This document shows positions 52,749-64,000 of a stretch of DNA of 64,000 nt, in pieces. Under the pieces are notes generated by a model. That model worked only from the letters and a program-made list of their open reading frames with translations, was not told the DNA's origin and searched no databases. Position numbers and translations under genes: made by a program. Positions within the stretch are counted from its first letter, which is position 1. Every line of letters begins with the position of its first letter. Source of the DNA: Chiloscyllium plagiosum (taxonomy: Eukaryota); assembly GCF_004010195.1 (NCBI RefSeq), contig NC_057719.1, positions 40,030,872 through 40,094,871 on the forward strand, in the 5' to 3' direction.

Positions 52749-55700
52749 AAACAGGGCTAAGGAGAATCCAAAGGGTTTTTTAATAAATACATTAAGGGCA
52801 AAAAGGTGACTAGGGAGAGAATAAGGCCCCTCAAAGATCAACAAGACAGTCTGTGTGTGGAGCTACAGGAGATGGGAAAAATACTAAATGAGCATTTTGC
52901 ATCAGTGTTTACTGTGCAGGACAACATGGAAGATACAGAATTTGGGGAAATAGATGGTGACATCTTGAAAAATGACCTTAAGCCAGAGGTGGTGGTGCTG
53001 GATGTCTTAAAACACATAAAAGTGAATAAATCCCCAGGACCTGATCAGGTGTACCCTAGGACTCTGCAGGAATACTGATGGGCCCCTTGCTGAGATATTT
53101 GTATCATCAATAGTCACAGGTGAGGTGCCGGAAGATTGGAGGTTGGTTAACGTAGTGCCACTATTTATGAAAGGTGGTAAGGAAAAGCCAGGAAACTATA
53201 GTCCAGTGAGCCTGACATCGGCGCTGGGCAAGTTGTTGGAAGGAATCCTGAGGGACAGGATTTACATGTATTTGGAAAGGCAAGGACTGATTAGGGATAG
53301 TCAGCATGGCTTTGTGCGTGGGGAACATGTCTCACAAACTTGATTGAGTTTTTTGAAGAAGTAACAAAGAAGATTGATGAGGGCAGAATGGTGGACGTAA
53401 TCTATATGGACTTCAGAAAGGCGTTTGACAAGATCCCCCATGGGAGACTGGTTAGCAAGGTTAAAGATAATGGAATACAGGGAGAACGAGTCACTTGGAT
53501 ACAGAACAGGCTTGAAGGTAGAAGACAGAGGGTGGTGGTGGAGGGTTGCTTTTCAGGCAGGAGGCCTGTGACCAGTGGTGTGCCACAAGAATTGGTGGTG
53601 AGCCCACCTGTTTTTTTGGTCATTTATAGAAATGATTTGGATGTGAACATAGGAGGTATAGCTATTAAGTTTACAGATGACACCAAAATTGGAGGTATAG
53701 TGGACAGCAAAGAAGGTTACCTTAGATTTCAACAAGATCTTGATCAGATAGGTCAAGGAGCTGAGGAGTGGTAGATGGAGTTTAATTTAGATAAATGTGA
53801 GGTGCTGCATTTTTGAAAACTAAATCAAAGCAGGATTTATACACTTAATGGTGAGGTCCTAGGGAGTGTTGCTGAACAAAGAGACCTTGGAGTGCAAGGT
53901 TATAGTGCCTTGAAAGCAGAGTCGCAAATAGATAGGGTAGTGAAGGAGGCATTTGGTATGCTTTCCTTTAATGGTCAAAGCATTGAGTACAGGAGTTAGG
54001 AGGTTGTGTTGCAGCAGTATATGACATTGGTTAGGCCACTGTTGGATTACTGCATGCAATTCTGGTCTCCCTTCTATCGAAAAGATGTTGTGAAACTTGA
54101 AAGGGTTCAGAAAAGATGTATAAGGATGTGGCCAGGGTTGGAGGATTTGAACTAAAGGGAGAGGCTGAATAGGCTGGGGCAGTTTTCCCTGGAATGTCGG
54201 AGGCTGAGGGGTGACCTTATAGAGGTTTATAAAATCACGTGGGGCATGGATAAGATAAACAGACAAGGTCTTTTCCCTGGGGTGGGGGAGTCCAGAACTA
54301 GAGATCATAGGTTCAGGGTGAGAGGGGAAAGATATAAAAGGGACTTCAGGGATAACTTTTTCCACAGAGAGGGTGATGCGCATATGTATTGAGCTGCCAG
54401 AGGAAATAGTGGATGCTGGCACAATTACAACTTTTTAAAAGGCATTTGGATGGGTATATGAATCGGAAGGGTTTAGAAGGATATCTGATCGGCATGGATG
54501 AGTTGGACCGAAGGGTCTGTTTCCATGCTGTACATCTCTATGACTCTAAGCCAACAATACATAATAAACACAAGAAGTCTTCAAGATTGTTGGATACGGA
54601 TTACAAATTTGCAGATTCTAAATAACTATAGAAAGTAATGAAAACCGGGTATCTCTCATGTTTACACATTGCAGAGTTACGAGGATCAATCTATTGGAAT
54701 AAACAGTTCGTTGGATGAAGGGTAGATAGGTTCTGATGATCAAAAGTAAAACCATCCCAAAAGACAACTACAAAAGTGGGTACACTAAAGTCAAATATTT
54801 ACCAAAAGTAGCCAATGGAGAAATGCAACCATTATAAATAGAGCAAAGAATGCCACTGGAAATTATAAAAGGTTATTCAGCGCACAGGATGACAGGCAGG
54901 CGTTAAGGGTTGGTAACATCACATACAAAAAAACAGAAGACAGGAAAACAAATTGTGAACTCAAATAGTGGCTCTCAGACATCATGACCCAGAAAGCGAT
55001 GAAGAACCTTGGATCAAAATCCTTTCAATATCAGTGGAAGATCTAACAGTAACAATCCAGAAAGAGACAGAAGGCAGAATAGACAGCAGAGTTTAACAGG
55101 TCAAGGAATGCCGCCAGGAGCAGAACTCATGAGATCAGAGTGTTTTAGTGGCTATGAACAAATTAATAGACAAATTAATAAAAGTTGCTGAACAAATCAT
55201 AAACCTGATGAGAGTTTGAGGTGTACATGGAGATGTCAGGTCGGTGACAAAGACTTATACATTAATGAATATGTATGAAAATGCCTCCCATAGGACGTAC
55301 AGCTAAAGCAAGGCTAGAAAGATGCTTTGAAAGAAGTGCTGGGGCTCTAACATATAAGAGAGTAAACTCACCATTGGTAGGAATTGCAATTTTTAGCTTT
55401 TCGTGGTATCATTAGCAACAAATGCTTGGGAATGTAGATCGATTGTTATTAAAACTGCATTTCCGCAAAAGCATCAACTGAAAATAGAAGTGTTTCTTCA
55501 CTTTCCAAAATCAGCCACAAATGCAGTGGGGATATTCTGGAAGTTTAATAAATGTGGATACTTAAATGATGAATTTAGAATTTAGTAAATCTCAGTAAGG
55601 TTTGTCTTATTATATCTTAAAATGAAAGCAGATGTCATGTTTTATGGCACCATGGAGGGTAGCTTTCAGGCACCTTCATTATTCAAACAGATGTTTATTT

Positions 55701-55982
55701 TTTATGGGATAGGAGCAATTAATTTGAAAACATTCTCAAAAGTGAAAGTCAAACTTTAGGGGAAAGGACCACTGGTTTGGAAATCAGGCAGAATGTTTCG
55801 AGTGCAATCTTATTTTGAAAATGTCAGTAGGACCTCACAAAAAGATGCAGCAGCTTCCAAAACGGAAACAAAGTAATTTGAAGTCTAATTGGTCAGATTT
55901 GCCATCTTAAGAGTATGAAATCATGCCTGAAAAATTTACAAGAACTATTTCAGGAGGTAACAAGCAGGATAGACAAAGGAAA

Positions 55983-56320
55983 AGCTGCATGGCAGCTCAG
56001 TGGTTAACACTACTGCCTCACAGCGCCAAGGAGCCGGATTCAATTCCAGCCTCAGGCGACTGTCTGCACCTGCTCCCCATGTCTACGTGGGTTTCCTCCG
56101 GGTGCTCCGGTTTCCTCCCACAATCCAAGGTCAGGCGAATTGGCCATGCTACGATTGCTCATAGTGTTCAGGGATGTTTAAGTTAGGTGCATTAGTCAGG
56201 GGTAAATGTAGGATATTAGGGTAGAGGAATGGATCTGGTGGGGGGTTTTGTTTTACTCTTCGGAGGGTCAGTATGGAGTTGTTGAGCCAAAGGGCCTGAT
56301 TCCACACTGTACAGATTCTA
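55983..56320 (+). mobile_element. Older HE1-type SINE
   Basis: gctcagtggttaacactactgcctcacagcgcc...gggtttcctccgggtgctccggtttcctccc. Confidence 0.85.
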
Positions 56321-57410
56321 AGCGCTGAATATAATGCGTTTGGATTTTCAGAGGCGTTTAATAAAGTGCCACATGTTAGACTATTTAATAAGAGTCCATG
56401 GTGTTGCATGCAGTATATTTGCATGGTTAGAGGGTTGGCTAACTAATAGAAGACAGGTAGGATAACAGGACATTTTCACGACCGCAACTTGTAACTAACA
56501 ATGGGCTGCAGGGATCAGTGCTGGGGTCACAATTATTTACAACGCATGTTCATCACTTGGATGAAGATGGTCAAAATACTATTGCTAAGTTAGCTAATGA
56601 CAGAAAAATACATGGAAAGGCAAGTGATCAGGGTGACACAAAGAATCTGGAGATAGATGATTGGACAAAAACTTGGCAGATGAAATATAATTAGGGAAAT
56701 GAGATGTTATGCACTTTTCTGGGAAAAGTAGAGGAGCTGATCATTACTTAAATGGAGAAAGATTACAGAATTGAGGGATTTGGGACGCTTTGTCCATGAG
56801 TCACAAAAAGCTAGCATCAAAGTTCAGTAAGTAATAGGAAAGGCAAATGAAATGTTGGCCTTCGTTTAAAAGGAATTGAATAAAGAAGTTGGAGGTTTTG
56901 CTGAAACTATACACGGTACTAGTCAGACGAGAGCTGAAATACTGTGAACAGTTTTGGATTCCTTATCTAAGGACAGATGAAACAGCATTGCAGGCAATCC
57001 AAAGGATCACTTGGCTGATAGCAGGTATGGACGGACTGCTATGATGATAGATTGAGTAGATTGGACCTGTATTCACTTGAATACAGAAGAATGACAGGCA
57101 ACCTTATTGAAACATACTGGATTCATAGAAGGCTCAACAGGGTAGATGTGGAGCAGTTGTGAGGGGTCTTGGATGAGAAAGCATAATCTCAGAATAAGGA
57201 GTCACACATTTAGGACAAAGGAGGAATTTCTTCTCTAATGGTTGCAAATGTTTGGAATCCTGATAGATTTTTGGCCTGTAAGGGAATCAAGGGTCATCGG
57301 GAAAAGGCAGCTAAGTGGAATCGAGGATCAGCTATTATAATCCTGAATGGTGGAGGAGACACAATGGGTTGCATGGCCAACTTCTACTCCTATGTTTTAT
57401 TGTTTTATGA
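56321..57410 (+). mobile_element. Decayed CR1 LINE (RT to tail)
   Basis: ttggattttcagaggcgtttaataaagtgccacat (LDFQ.AF.KVPH) through the ttatgttttattg tail. Confidence 0.75.
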
Positions 57411-57507
57411 CTACAAAAAATCCCAAGGTGGAAAAAATTATTTGGATGAGCAAGACACAAGAATGTTTTCATTTGGAGATGCCAGTAATATGAAACTTAC
57501 TGTTTTT

Positions 57508-57998
57508 AGTTAAGTTAGCTCGCAAACATTGAAGGTTTGTTTTCAGACATTTCATCGTCAGTGAGAATCTCCAGTGAAGCGCTGGTGGTATGTCCCGCCT
57601 CTTTATTTGCAGGTATTGATTTCTTAAGGTGTGTGATGTCATTTCCGATTCCTTTTTTTTTTCCAAAGGGAAGGTAGATGGGATCTAAATCGATGTGTTT
57701 ATTGATGGAGTTCTGGTTAGAACGCTATGCCTCTAAGAATTCTCATGCGTGTCTTTGTTTCACCTGTCCTAGGATGTGTGTCGTCCAATAAAAGTGGTGC
57801 CCTTCTTTATCTGTATGTATCGAAACTAGTGATAGAGGACTGTGTCAATAAAGAGGTGGAACATTGCTTCACCACAGACTCTCACTGATGATGTCACCAA
57901 GTATGGTGACAAAATGTCTGAAAACAAACCTTCAAGCTCAGCGAGCTAACTTACATACTTACCATCAACATGAGCTACAAATCTTCTCAAAAAACGCT
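57508..57998. mobile_element. Penelope-like insertion with inverted pLTR arms
   Basis: Same family as 24622; hammerhead remnant at 57885-57918; flanked by similar aacttactgttttt / aacttattattttt. Confidence 0.7.
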
Positions 57999-58589
57999 AA
58001 CTTATTATTTTTTCCTGTTGAATATTTCAGATGGGTTTTGAAGTGCAATAGGGATTTTAATTTTTCTTTTTGGACAGGAAGGTTAATGCTGCCCTTCAGA
58101 TTGTTTTAGGCTCCCAACCAAAAGCAAAACTACTTTAGTTGCAGAAACTCTTGCTCTTGTTGAGATAGCAGATGTGGTGCTTACATCAGGAAAAATAGTG
58201 GAAGAAATTCTCAGAAGGAACTTAGCAGCAACACATTGTTACATCAATAATGTCACAATAGCATAACCTACATACACCAAAATGTGTGAATTAAAAGAGA
58301 ATGAGGATTAATGCCGCAGTTTTAAAACAGATGTTGGAGAATATAGAAATCTTGGAAACAAAAAGGGGTGGACAAAAACAGTCAGATTCCTATATGGAGA
58401 ACAGAGAATGCTGTATGAAGATATAGAGTAAAAAATACACTTGAAACTTTTGTGTACTATGCTCAGTTTTGCAAAATTAGCCATCACTCAGTACTTTTTG
58501 ATTAGTTAATCTTTCCAGTACTATTATTATGTGTATGATTTTATTTTCAAATAAAAAAAGAGGAATATGTAATCAATTAATCTACCAGC

Positions 58590-60030
58590 AATGTTCACGT
58601 TTCTGTGGCAGTGAATTCCACAGGCCTGGGTGAAGAAATTTCTATTCATTTCAGTCCTAAAAGATTTAGCTTTTACCCTTAAACTATGACCCCTAGTTCT
58701 GGAGTCTCCCAACACTGGGAACTTCCTGCATCTACCTGTCTAGTTGTGTTGAAATTTTATAGGTTTCTATGAGATCCTCCATCATTCTTCTAAATTCCAG
58801 TGAATACTGGAATACTAACAGATTCAACTTTTCATTCATCAGTCCGGCCATCCCAGGAATCACTTTGGTAAGTCCCAGGAATCACTTTGGTAAGTCTTCA
58901 ATACACTCTCTCTAGAGCAAAAATATACTTCCTCAGATAAGGAGGTCAAAACTGCACACAACATTCCAGGTATGGCAGCACCAATGCCCTGTATAATTAC
59001 AGCAAGATATCCTTATTCCTGTAGTTGAATCCTCTTGCTATGAAGGTCAACATACAGTTTTGCCTTCTTCACTGTCTACAGCACCTGAGCACTTACTTGC
59101 AGCAACTGGTGAAAAAGAACACCCAGTCTCATTGACCATTTCCCGCACTTAATTTATAGTCATTCAAATAATAATCTGTCTTCCTTTTTTGCTGCATCTC
59201 CCATGCATTTGCCCATACACTCAGCCTGGGTCACACTGCAACACCACTGCATCCTCTTCACAGCTCACCCTCCCACCCAAATTTGAGATACCTGGATACT
59301 TTGAGTCACTATATTTAGTTCCCTGATATAAATCATTAACATATACGGTGAACAGCTGGGGCCTTAGTACTTAAGCCTGAGCAAAAGACCCATTTGTTCC
59401 TACTTTTTGTTTCCTGTCTGCTGACCAGTTTTCTATCCACCTCAATGCACTATCCCATGTGCATTAATTTTACACATTCATGTCTTATGGGGATTTTGCC
59501 CAAAAAGCCTTCTGAAAGTCCTAATGAACCACACTCACTAGCTGCTCTGATCAACTCTACAAAATATTCCAGTAGATTAGTCATGCATGATTTCTCTTTT
59601 GTAAATCTCTGCTGACTGTATTTGACTCTATCACTGCTTTCTAAGTGCCCTACTATCAAACTTTTTTTAATATACTGGATTCTGGCATCTTCCCCACATT
59701 ATTAAGATAAAAACATGGAAGATAGGAGCAAGAGTTGGCTATTCAGTCCATCAAGCCTGCTCAGTTCTTCAATTTCATCGTGACTGATCCTCTAGCTCAA
59801 AGCCATTTGGTTCCTTGTTCACATAGCCCTTTACATCTTCAGTGTCTAGAAATCTTTTCCCTTCTTAAATACATTCAGTGACTTTACCTCTACCACTTCA
59901 TGTAAATTCTACAAGGCCACCATCTTCTGAATAATTTCTCATCATCTCAGTCCTAAATGGCCCACCATTTAAATCATCAAAATGTATATTCTGACACCAT
60001 GGCTAATTATTCTAGACCCAGTTAGGGGAA
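58590..60030 (-). mobile_element. Two decayed CR1 fragments
   Basis: RTRGHSLRVK...NFFTQ; KSCMTNLLEYF. Confidence 0.7.
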
Positions 60031-60315
60031 TATCTTTGGTGGAAAAAAATCAAGTGCCTTGGAGTTACGATAACTGACAACCTGTCCTGGTCTTCCCAAG
60101 TAGTTGCGATGACCAAGGCGGCACAACAATGCCTCTTCTTCCTCAGGCGGCTCAGGAGATTTAGCAGGTCCATCAGGACCCTCACCAACTTCTTCAGATG
60201 CACAACTGAAAGCATACTGTACAGGTGCCTAATGGCTCTGCTTAGGATCACAGGAAACTACCGAGGGTAGATTGCACATCTCCGCCCATCATAGAAGTCA
60301 ACCTTTCATCCATGA

Positions 60316-60515
60316 AGTCAAGAGCGTGGTGCTGGAAAAGCACAGGTCAGGCAGCATCCGAGGAGTAGGAGAATCGACGTTTCAGGCATAAGCCCTTCAT
60401 CAGATTTTCGAAACTTCGATTGTCCTGCTCCTCGGATGCTGCCTGACCTGCTGTGCTTTTCCAGCACCACATTCTTGACTCTGATCTTCAGCATCTGCAG
60501 TCCTCACTTTCTCCT
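60316..60515. mobile_element. Short Penelope-like inverted terminal insertion inside the Rex-like LINE
   Basis: About 70-bp inverted arms 60316-60383 and 60410-60480; flanked by catccatg repeats. Confidence 0.75.
60376..60403 (-). ncRNA. Minimal hammerhead ribozyme core (Penelope-associated)
   Basis: Minus strand CUGAUGA-A-GGGC-UUAU-GCCU-GAAA-C-GUC; both conserved boxes and the GUC cleavage triplet are intact. Confidence 0.6.
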
Positions 60516-61026
60516 ACTTCCATCCATGCAATCCATTTACATGGCTCGCTGCTGGGGAAAGGCTGTCAACACCAAAGACCTTTCGCATCCCAGTAATAAT
60601 CTCCTACAATCTTTTCCAACTGGCAAAAGATACAGAAGCCTGGATATACGCACCAGTAGGTTAAGGGACAGCTTCTTCCCGACCATTATTAGACTACTGA
60701 ATGGAATCGTTAGCCTCAAATAATACTGATCTTGCTAACATTGATCTCTCTTGTACACTCTGTGCAATGTTACCTGTATGCCTCCATCGAAATCTTTTAT
60801 TCTGTACATCCTTGCTAACTATGATCTGCCTATACTGCTCGTAAACAAAGCTTTTCACTGTATTTTGTACAAGCGACAATAAAATCAATCAAATAAATCA
60901 ATCAAAATCAATCCACTATCCCTACATCCATTCTTTCCAGCATAGTCAGAATTTTATTTGGTTCAATGAGATCTCTTTTCACTCTTCTGAACTCTAGTAA
61001 ACATAAAAACATTGTTTACTGTCTAC

Positions 61027-61128
61027 CTTGGCAACCAACATCTGCTGCTGGGCCTCAATCTGGTGCTGTTGTCTGGAAGCCATTTCTTGCAGTTCTGAAA
61101 GTGTCAGCTCCACCCGAGGATTACCACC
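61027..61128 (-). CDS. PPP1R13B: ASPP1 exon 5 (first coding exon visible in the window)
   Basis: [34 protein letters not shown]; acacag acceptor, GTAGAC donor; 102 nt. Confidence 0.95.
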
Positions 61129-61499
61129 CTGTGTTAACAAAAATGAGATGTTAGCATTTGTGGGAATTTTGTAATTGAAAGGCTTATATTGAATTAACCA
61201 AAAACAGTCAATAGTGGAGATTACAGAATTGCTCAAACCACCTACAAATTTCCCACCTTTAATGCCAATTGCTGCTAAATTCAATAATTGAGATGCATAA
61301 ACAATGCCACTGCAAGAAACAACAGAAATTTTTAAAATTTTACTTACCTCAGAATCTAGGCTAACTTTTTAAAACATTATTTTTCCTTGTAGAATAAATG
61401 CCATCAAATTCTCTCCAGTGTGTGTTAAATCATATCTGCCTTAACTAATTGAAAAGCTTGTGCTCCATTAAACTTCAAGTCCTCTTAATTTGTACAACC

Positions 61500-64000
61500 A
61501 GTTTCATAGATATAAGGTATTTAGACACCGAAGACCTTTCAGTTCATCATTTCCATGCCATTCAATGACAAGCTAGTCTCAACTTCCTGTACTAGGTCGA
61601 CAGGTTCATCCTGTAAATATTTAAGTACTTATTATACATGATTCTTACCCTTTTAAAAAGGTGAGTTTCAGTCTCCACCACCTTTTTGAAAAGCAAATCA
61701 TTTGCCCCCATACTACTATCCAGGTGAAAATTTTGCTTCACCTGCTGCCCTCTAATCCATCCACCAATTATTTGAAATCTATGCTCCTGGCTTTTTATCT
61801 CTTTGGTAGGTTGAATAAATTGTTCCTATTTATTTTACCAAGGTGCTATGGAATTTTATACCTCTGTTTCAAGGTTAGCTATCCAACCTTCCTTCAACAC
61901 AATGCTTTTCCAATTCAGGTAGCATCCAAGAAATTCTCCGTCCCAACCCTCCAGCATAATCATGTATTTCTTGTCAAGTGGTAGCAGAACTGTTTGCAAT
62001 ACTCAAGGCACAGTCTAATTAGACTTGTTTACAAATTCTGTACATTTTCTACCTCTGTTTAAAAAAAAGGGGCGTCTCTGCCTTCTTAACCATCTTATTT
62101 ATCTATCCTGTTATTATTAATGATCTGTGAACATAAACATCTCGGTCTGGTTCTGCATTACTACATAACCTTTCATGTTTTTATTATGCAGAAATCTCTC
62201 AATCTTAATTATGGATATTTTCAACAATCCATTATTCACAATGATCTGTGGCAGAGATTCACCAGCCTTTGAGATATTTCTGCTCATCTCAATCCTAAAT
62301 GGCCTGCTCCTTTTTTGATGCTGTACCACTGGTTTTAGATTTGTCATGCACTGCAAGGACACTGCATCTTTCAAATAAATCACCTCCCATTCTTCTAAAC
62401 ACCAGAGAATCAAGTTCCAGTCTACTGAATTTTCAGTATAGAAGAACCCTTCTATTCCAGGAATCAGTTTGGTGAAACTGTTGCTCTGGCTTTGGGAAGT
62501 ATATCTTTCCTGAGGTAAGACTTCGCAATACTCCAGGTGCGGTCTGACATTTTACTAATCATAGCATATTAACATCTTCTTGTGATAAGGGCCAATATAT
62601 ATTTTGCCTACTCATTTGCTTGCTGTACTTCTATGTTAACTTTCAGTGACTCATAAATGAGGATATCCAAATCCCTTTGAAGTTTAACACTTCACAGCCC
62701 CTGGCCATAGAAATACTCTTTCAGCTTTTCAAAGTGGGTAACCTCACATGTCTACATGTTGTGTGCCATTCCCCAAATGTACCTGTAAATTTGGAATTGT
62801 TACAGTTCGTTCCCACATTCAAATCAACTGGATGGATTCTGAATAGCTGGGGCTCAAGAATAGGTTCTTGCAGTACCGTGCAAGTCATAGTCTGCAAAAC
62901 TAAAAATGACCTATTTAATCTGACATGGTTTTTTTGTATATTAACAATGCTCAAACCATGCCAGAATATTCTTCAATTCACATTCTAATTTTGTTTAATA
63001 AGCTAGTGTGGAACGTTCCCAAAAGCCTTCTGAAAAATCTGAACAGATCAACACCTACTCACTCTGTTTTTACTTATTTGCCATTACATCCTCAAAAAAT
63101 CTTTAACAGATCTGTGAGATATGCTTTCCCTTTCATAAATCTATGTTGATTTGCCTAATGTTATTTTCTAAGCATCCCATTATAACATACTGCATACAAT
63201 CTAACATTCTTTCTATGAAAGACACAAACTCAACAAATCTGTTGTTCCCCATTTCCTTCTTCCTTACTTTCTTTAGAGGGTTATATTTCTGAACTTTCCT
63301 GCCTGCAGATAAGAATTCACAGAATTTTAAAATAGCCATCAATGCATTTACTATCTCTACAGCCATTTCTTTCAACAGCTTAGGATTTAGATCAGGACCA
63401 GTGCATTCATCTACTTAATATTTCTCACGTTTTAAAAACTAATATTAATGCCTTGTAGTTTTCATTCACAATAGTCCTTTGATTCTCTATTATTTGTGGA
63501 AGTTTACTAGTATTTTTCTCTGTGAAGACGGTCATGAAGTATTTGTTTGGTTTGTTTGTTTCGCTTAGACACTTGCATAAACTACAAAAAGGGATTAAGC
63601 ACTGAACCCTCTAGAAACCCAATGGTAGCAGCCTTTGGATCACAAAAACATAAGGCAACCTCCTGTTACAAAACCAATTTTGGATCCAATTTGCCATTGT
63701 CCTTTGGATTCCAAGGGCTTATTTTTTTGACGAGCTTGCAGTCACATAGGAACTTGTCAAAAGTGTTGGTAAAATCCATGTAAATCACACCTTTCACCTT
63801 GGCCTCACCAAATCTGTTTGTCATCTCAAAAGATTTAACAGTCCCCAGACATGACACTGCCTTAACCATCCCGTATTGACTTTCCTTGATTAAATCACAC
63901 TTTTCAAAATGAAAATTTACATTGCCCCGCAAAATTGATTTCAATCATTTTTCTGCAACTAGAAGGAAGATAATTGGCCTATAATTTTTTAGATTATCCT
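61500..64000 (-). mobile_element. Cluster of highly decayed CR1 fragments
   Basis: IYMDFTNTFDK, LIKESQYG and LKEMAVEIVNAL remnants in ORFs 63133 and 63666. Confidence 0.65.

Larger units (their letters stand above)
47320..54548 (+). mobile_element. Near full-length CR1 LINE (5' UTR, esterase ORF1, EN-RT ORF2, tail), disabled
   Basis: ORF1 start MAISRVICS (~47707), LPGARLKDVSERVQ; LNCIYFNARGL; DVIYMDFRKAFDK; KFTDDTK; ctctatgactcta tail. Confidence 0.9.
45700..58500 (+). mobile_element. Fragmented Ty1/Copia-type LTR retrotransposon interior (GalEa-like), split by nested insertions
   Basis: Integrase QDFNKVVVMDLK (~47235); RT AKARL (~55305) and WECRSIVIKTAF...FWKFNKCGYLND (55425-55575); RNase H-like TTLVAETLALVE (~58130); order INT-RT-RH. 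LTRs not identified. Confidence 0.6.
60040..60913 (+). mobile_element. Rex1/Babar-like LINE 3' end
   Basis: KAQQCLFFLRRL and DLSHPSNNLLQSFPTGKRYRSLDIRTSRLRDSFFPTIIRLLN; (aatc)n tail. Confidence 0.7.

Noticed and set aside
47320..54548. Active LINE or domesticated RT gene
   Set aside because: Multiple stops and frameshifts plus a 3-kb nested insertion.
27710..56320. Inverted HE1 pairs around exons 6-9 as a circRNA driver
   Set aside because: Partners are more than 23 kb apart with many competing repeats; too weak to report.
900..61128. Assignment to TP53BP2 (ASPP2) or PPP1R13L (iASPP)
   Set aside because: [51 protein letters not shown] and the overall exon series match ASPP1 best, despite a few ASPP2-like residues.
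1..64000. CRISPR array or prokaryotic system
   Set aside because: No regularly spaced repeat-spacer array; the sequence is a eukaryotic intron-exon locus.

Overview
Vertebrate genomic DNA, almost certainly an elasmobranch (shark), judged from HE1-type SINEs and CR1/HER1 LINEs. The window covers the 3' part of one minus-strand gene, PPP1R13B (ASPP1). Thirteen canonical coding exons, matching human exons ~5-17 by my recall, were traced with splice sites and consistent phases from 61128 down to the stop at 900. The 5' exons lie beyond the window. The introns are full of decayed retroelements: CR1 LINEs, HE1 SINEs, Penelope-like elements carrying hammerhead-ribozyme cores, a Rex/Babar LINE and a fragmented Copia-type LTR element hosting a nested insertion cluster. 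There is one 834-nt assembly gap. Main observations: (1) a 153-nt frame-preserving cassette exon in intron 9, with an adjacent apparently paralogous exon sharing a KxxGxWxVSxxD motif; (2) minimal hammerhead cores in the Penelope termini, one intact and in sense with the pre-mRNA; (3) a GC-AG intron; (4) inverted SINEs bracketing exons 15-16; (5) a 101-bp duplication around a 60-bp Penelope fragment. No wholly new gene system is evident. Homology calls are from recognition, not database searches, and repeat boundaries are approximate.
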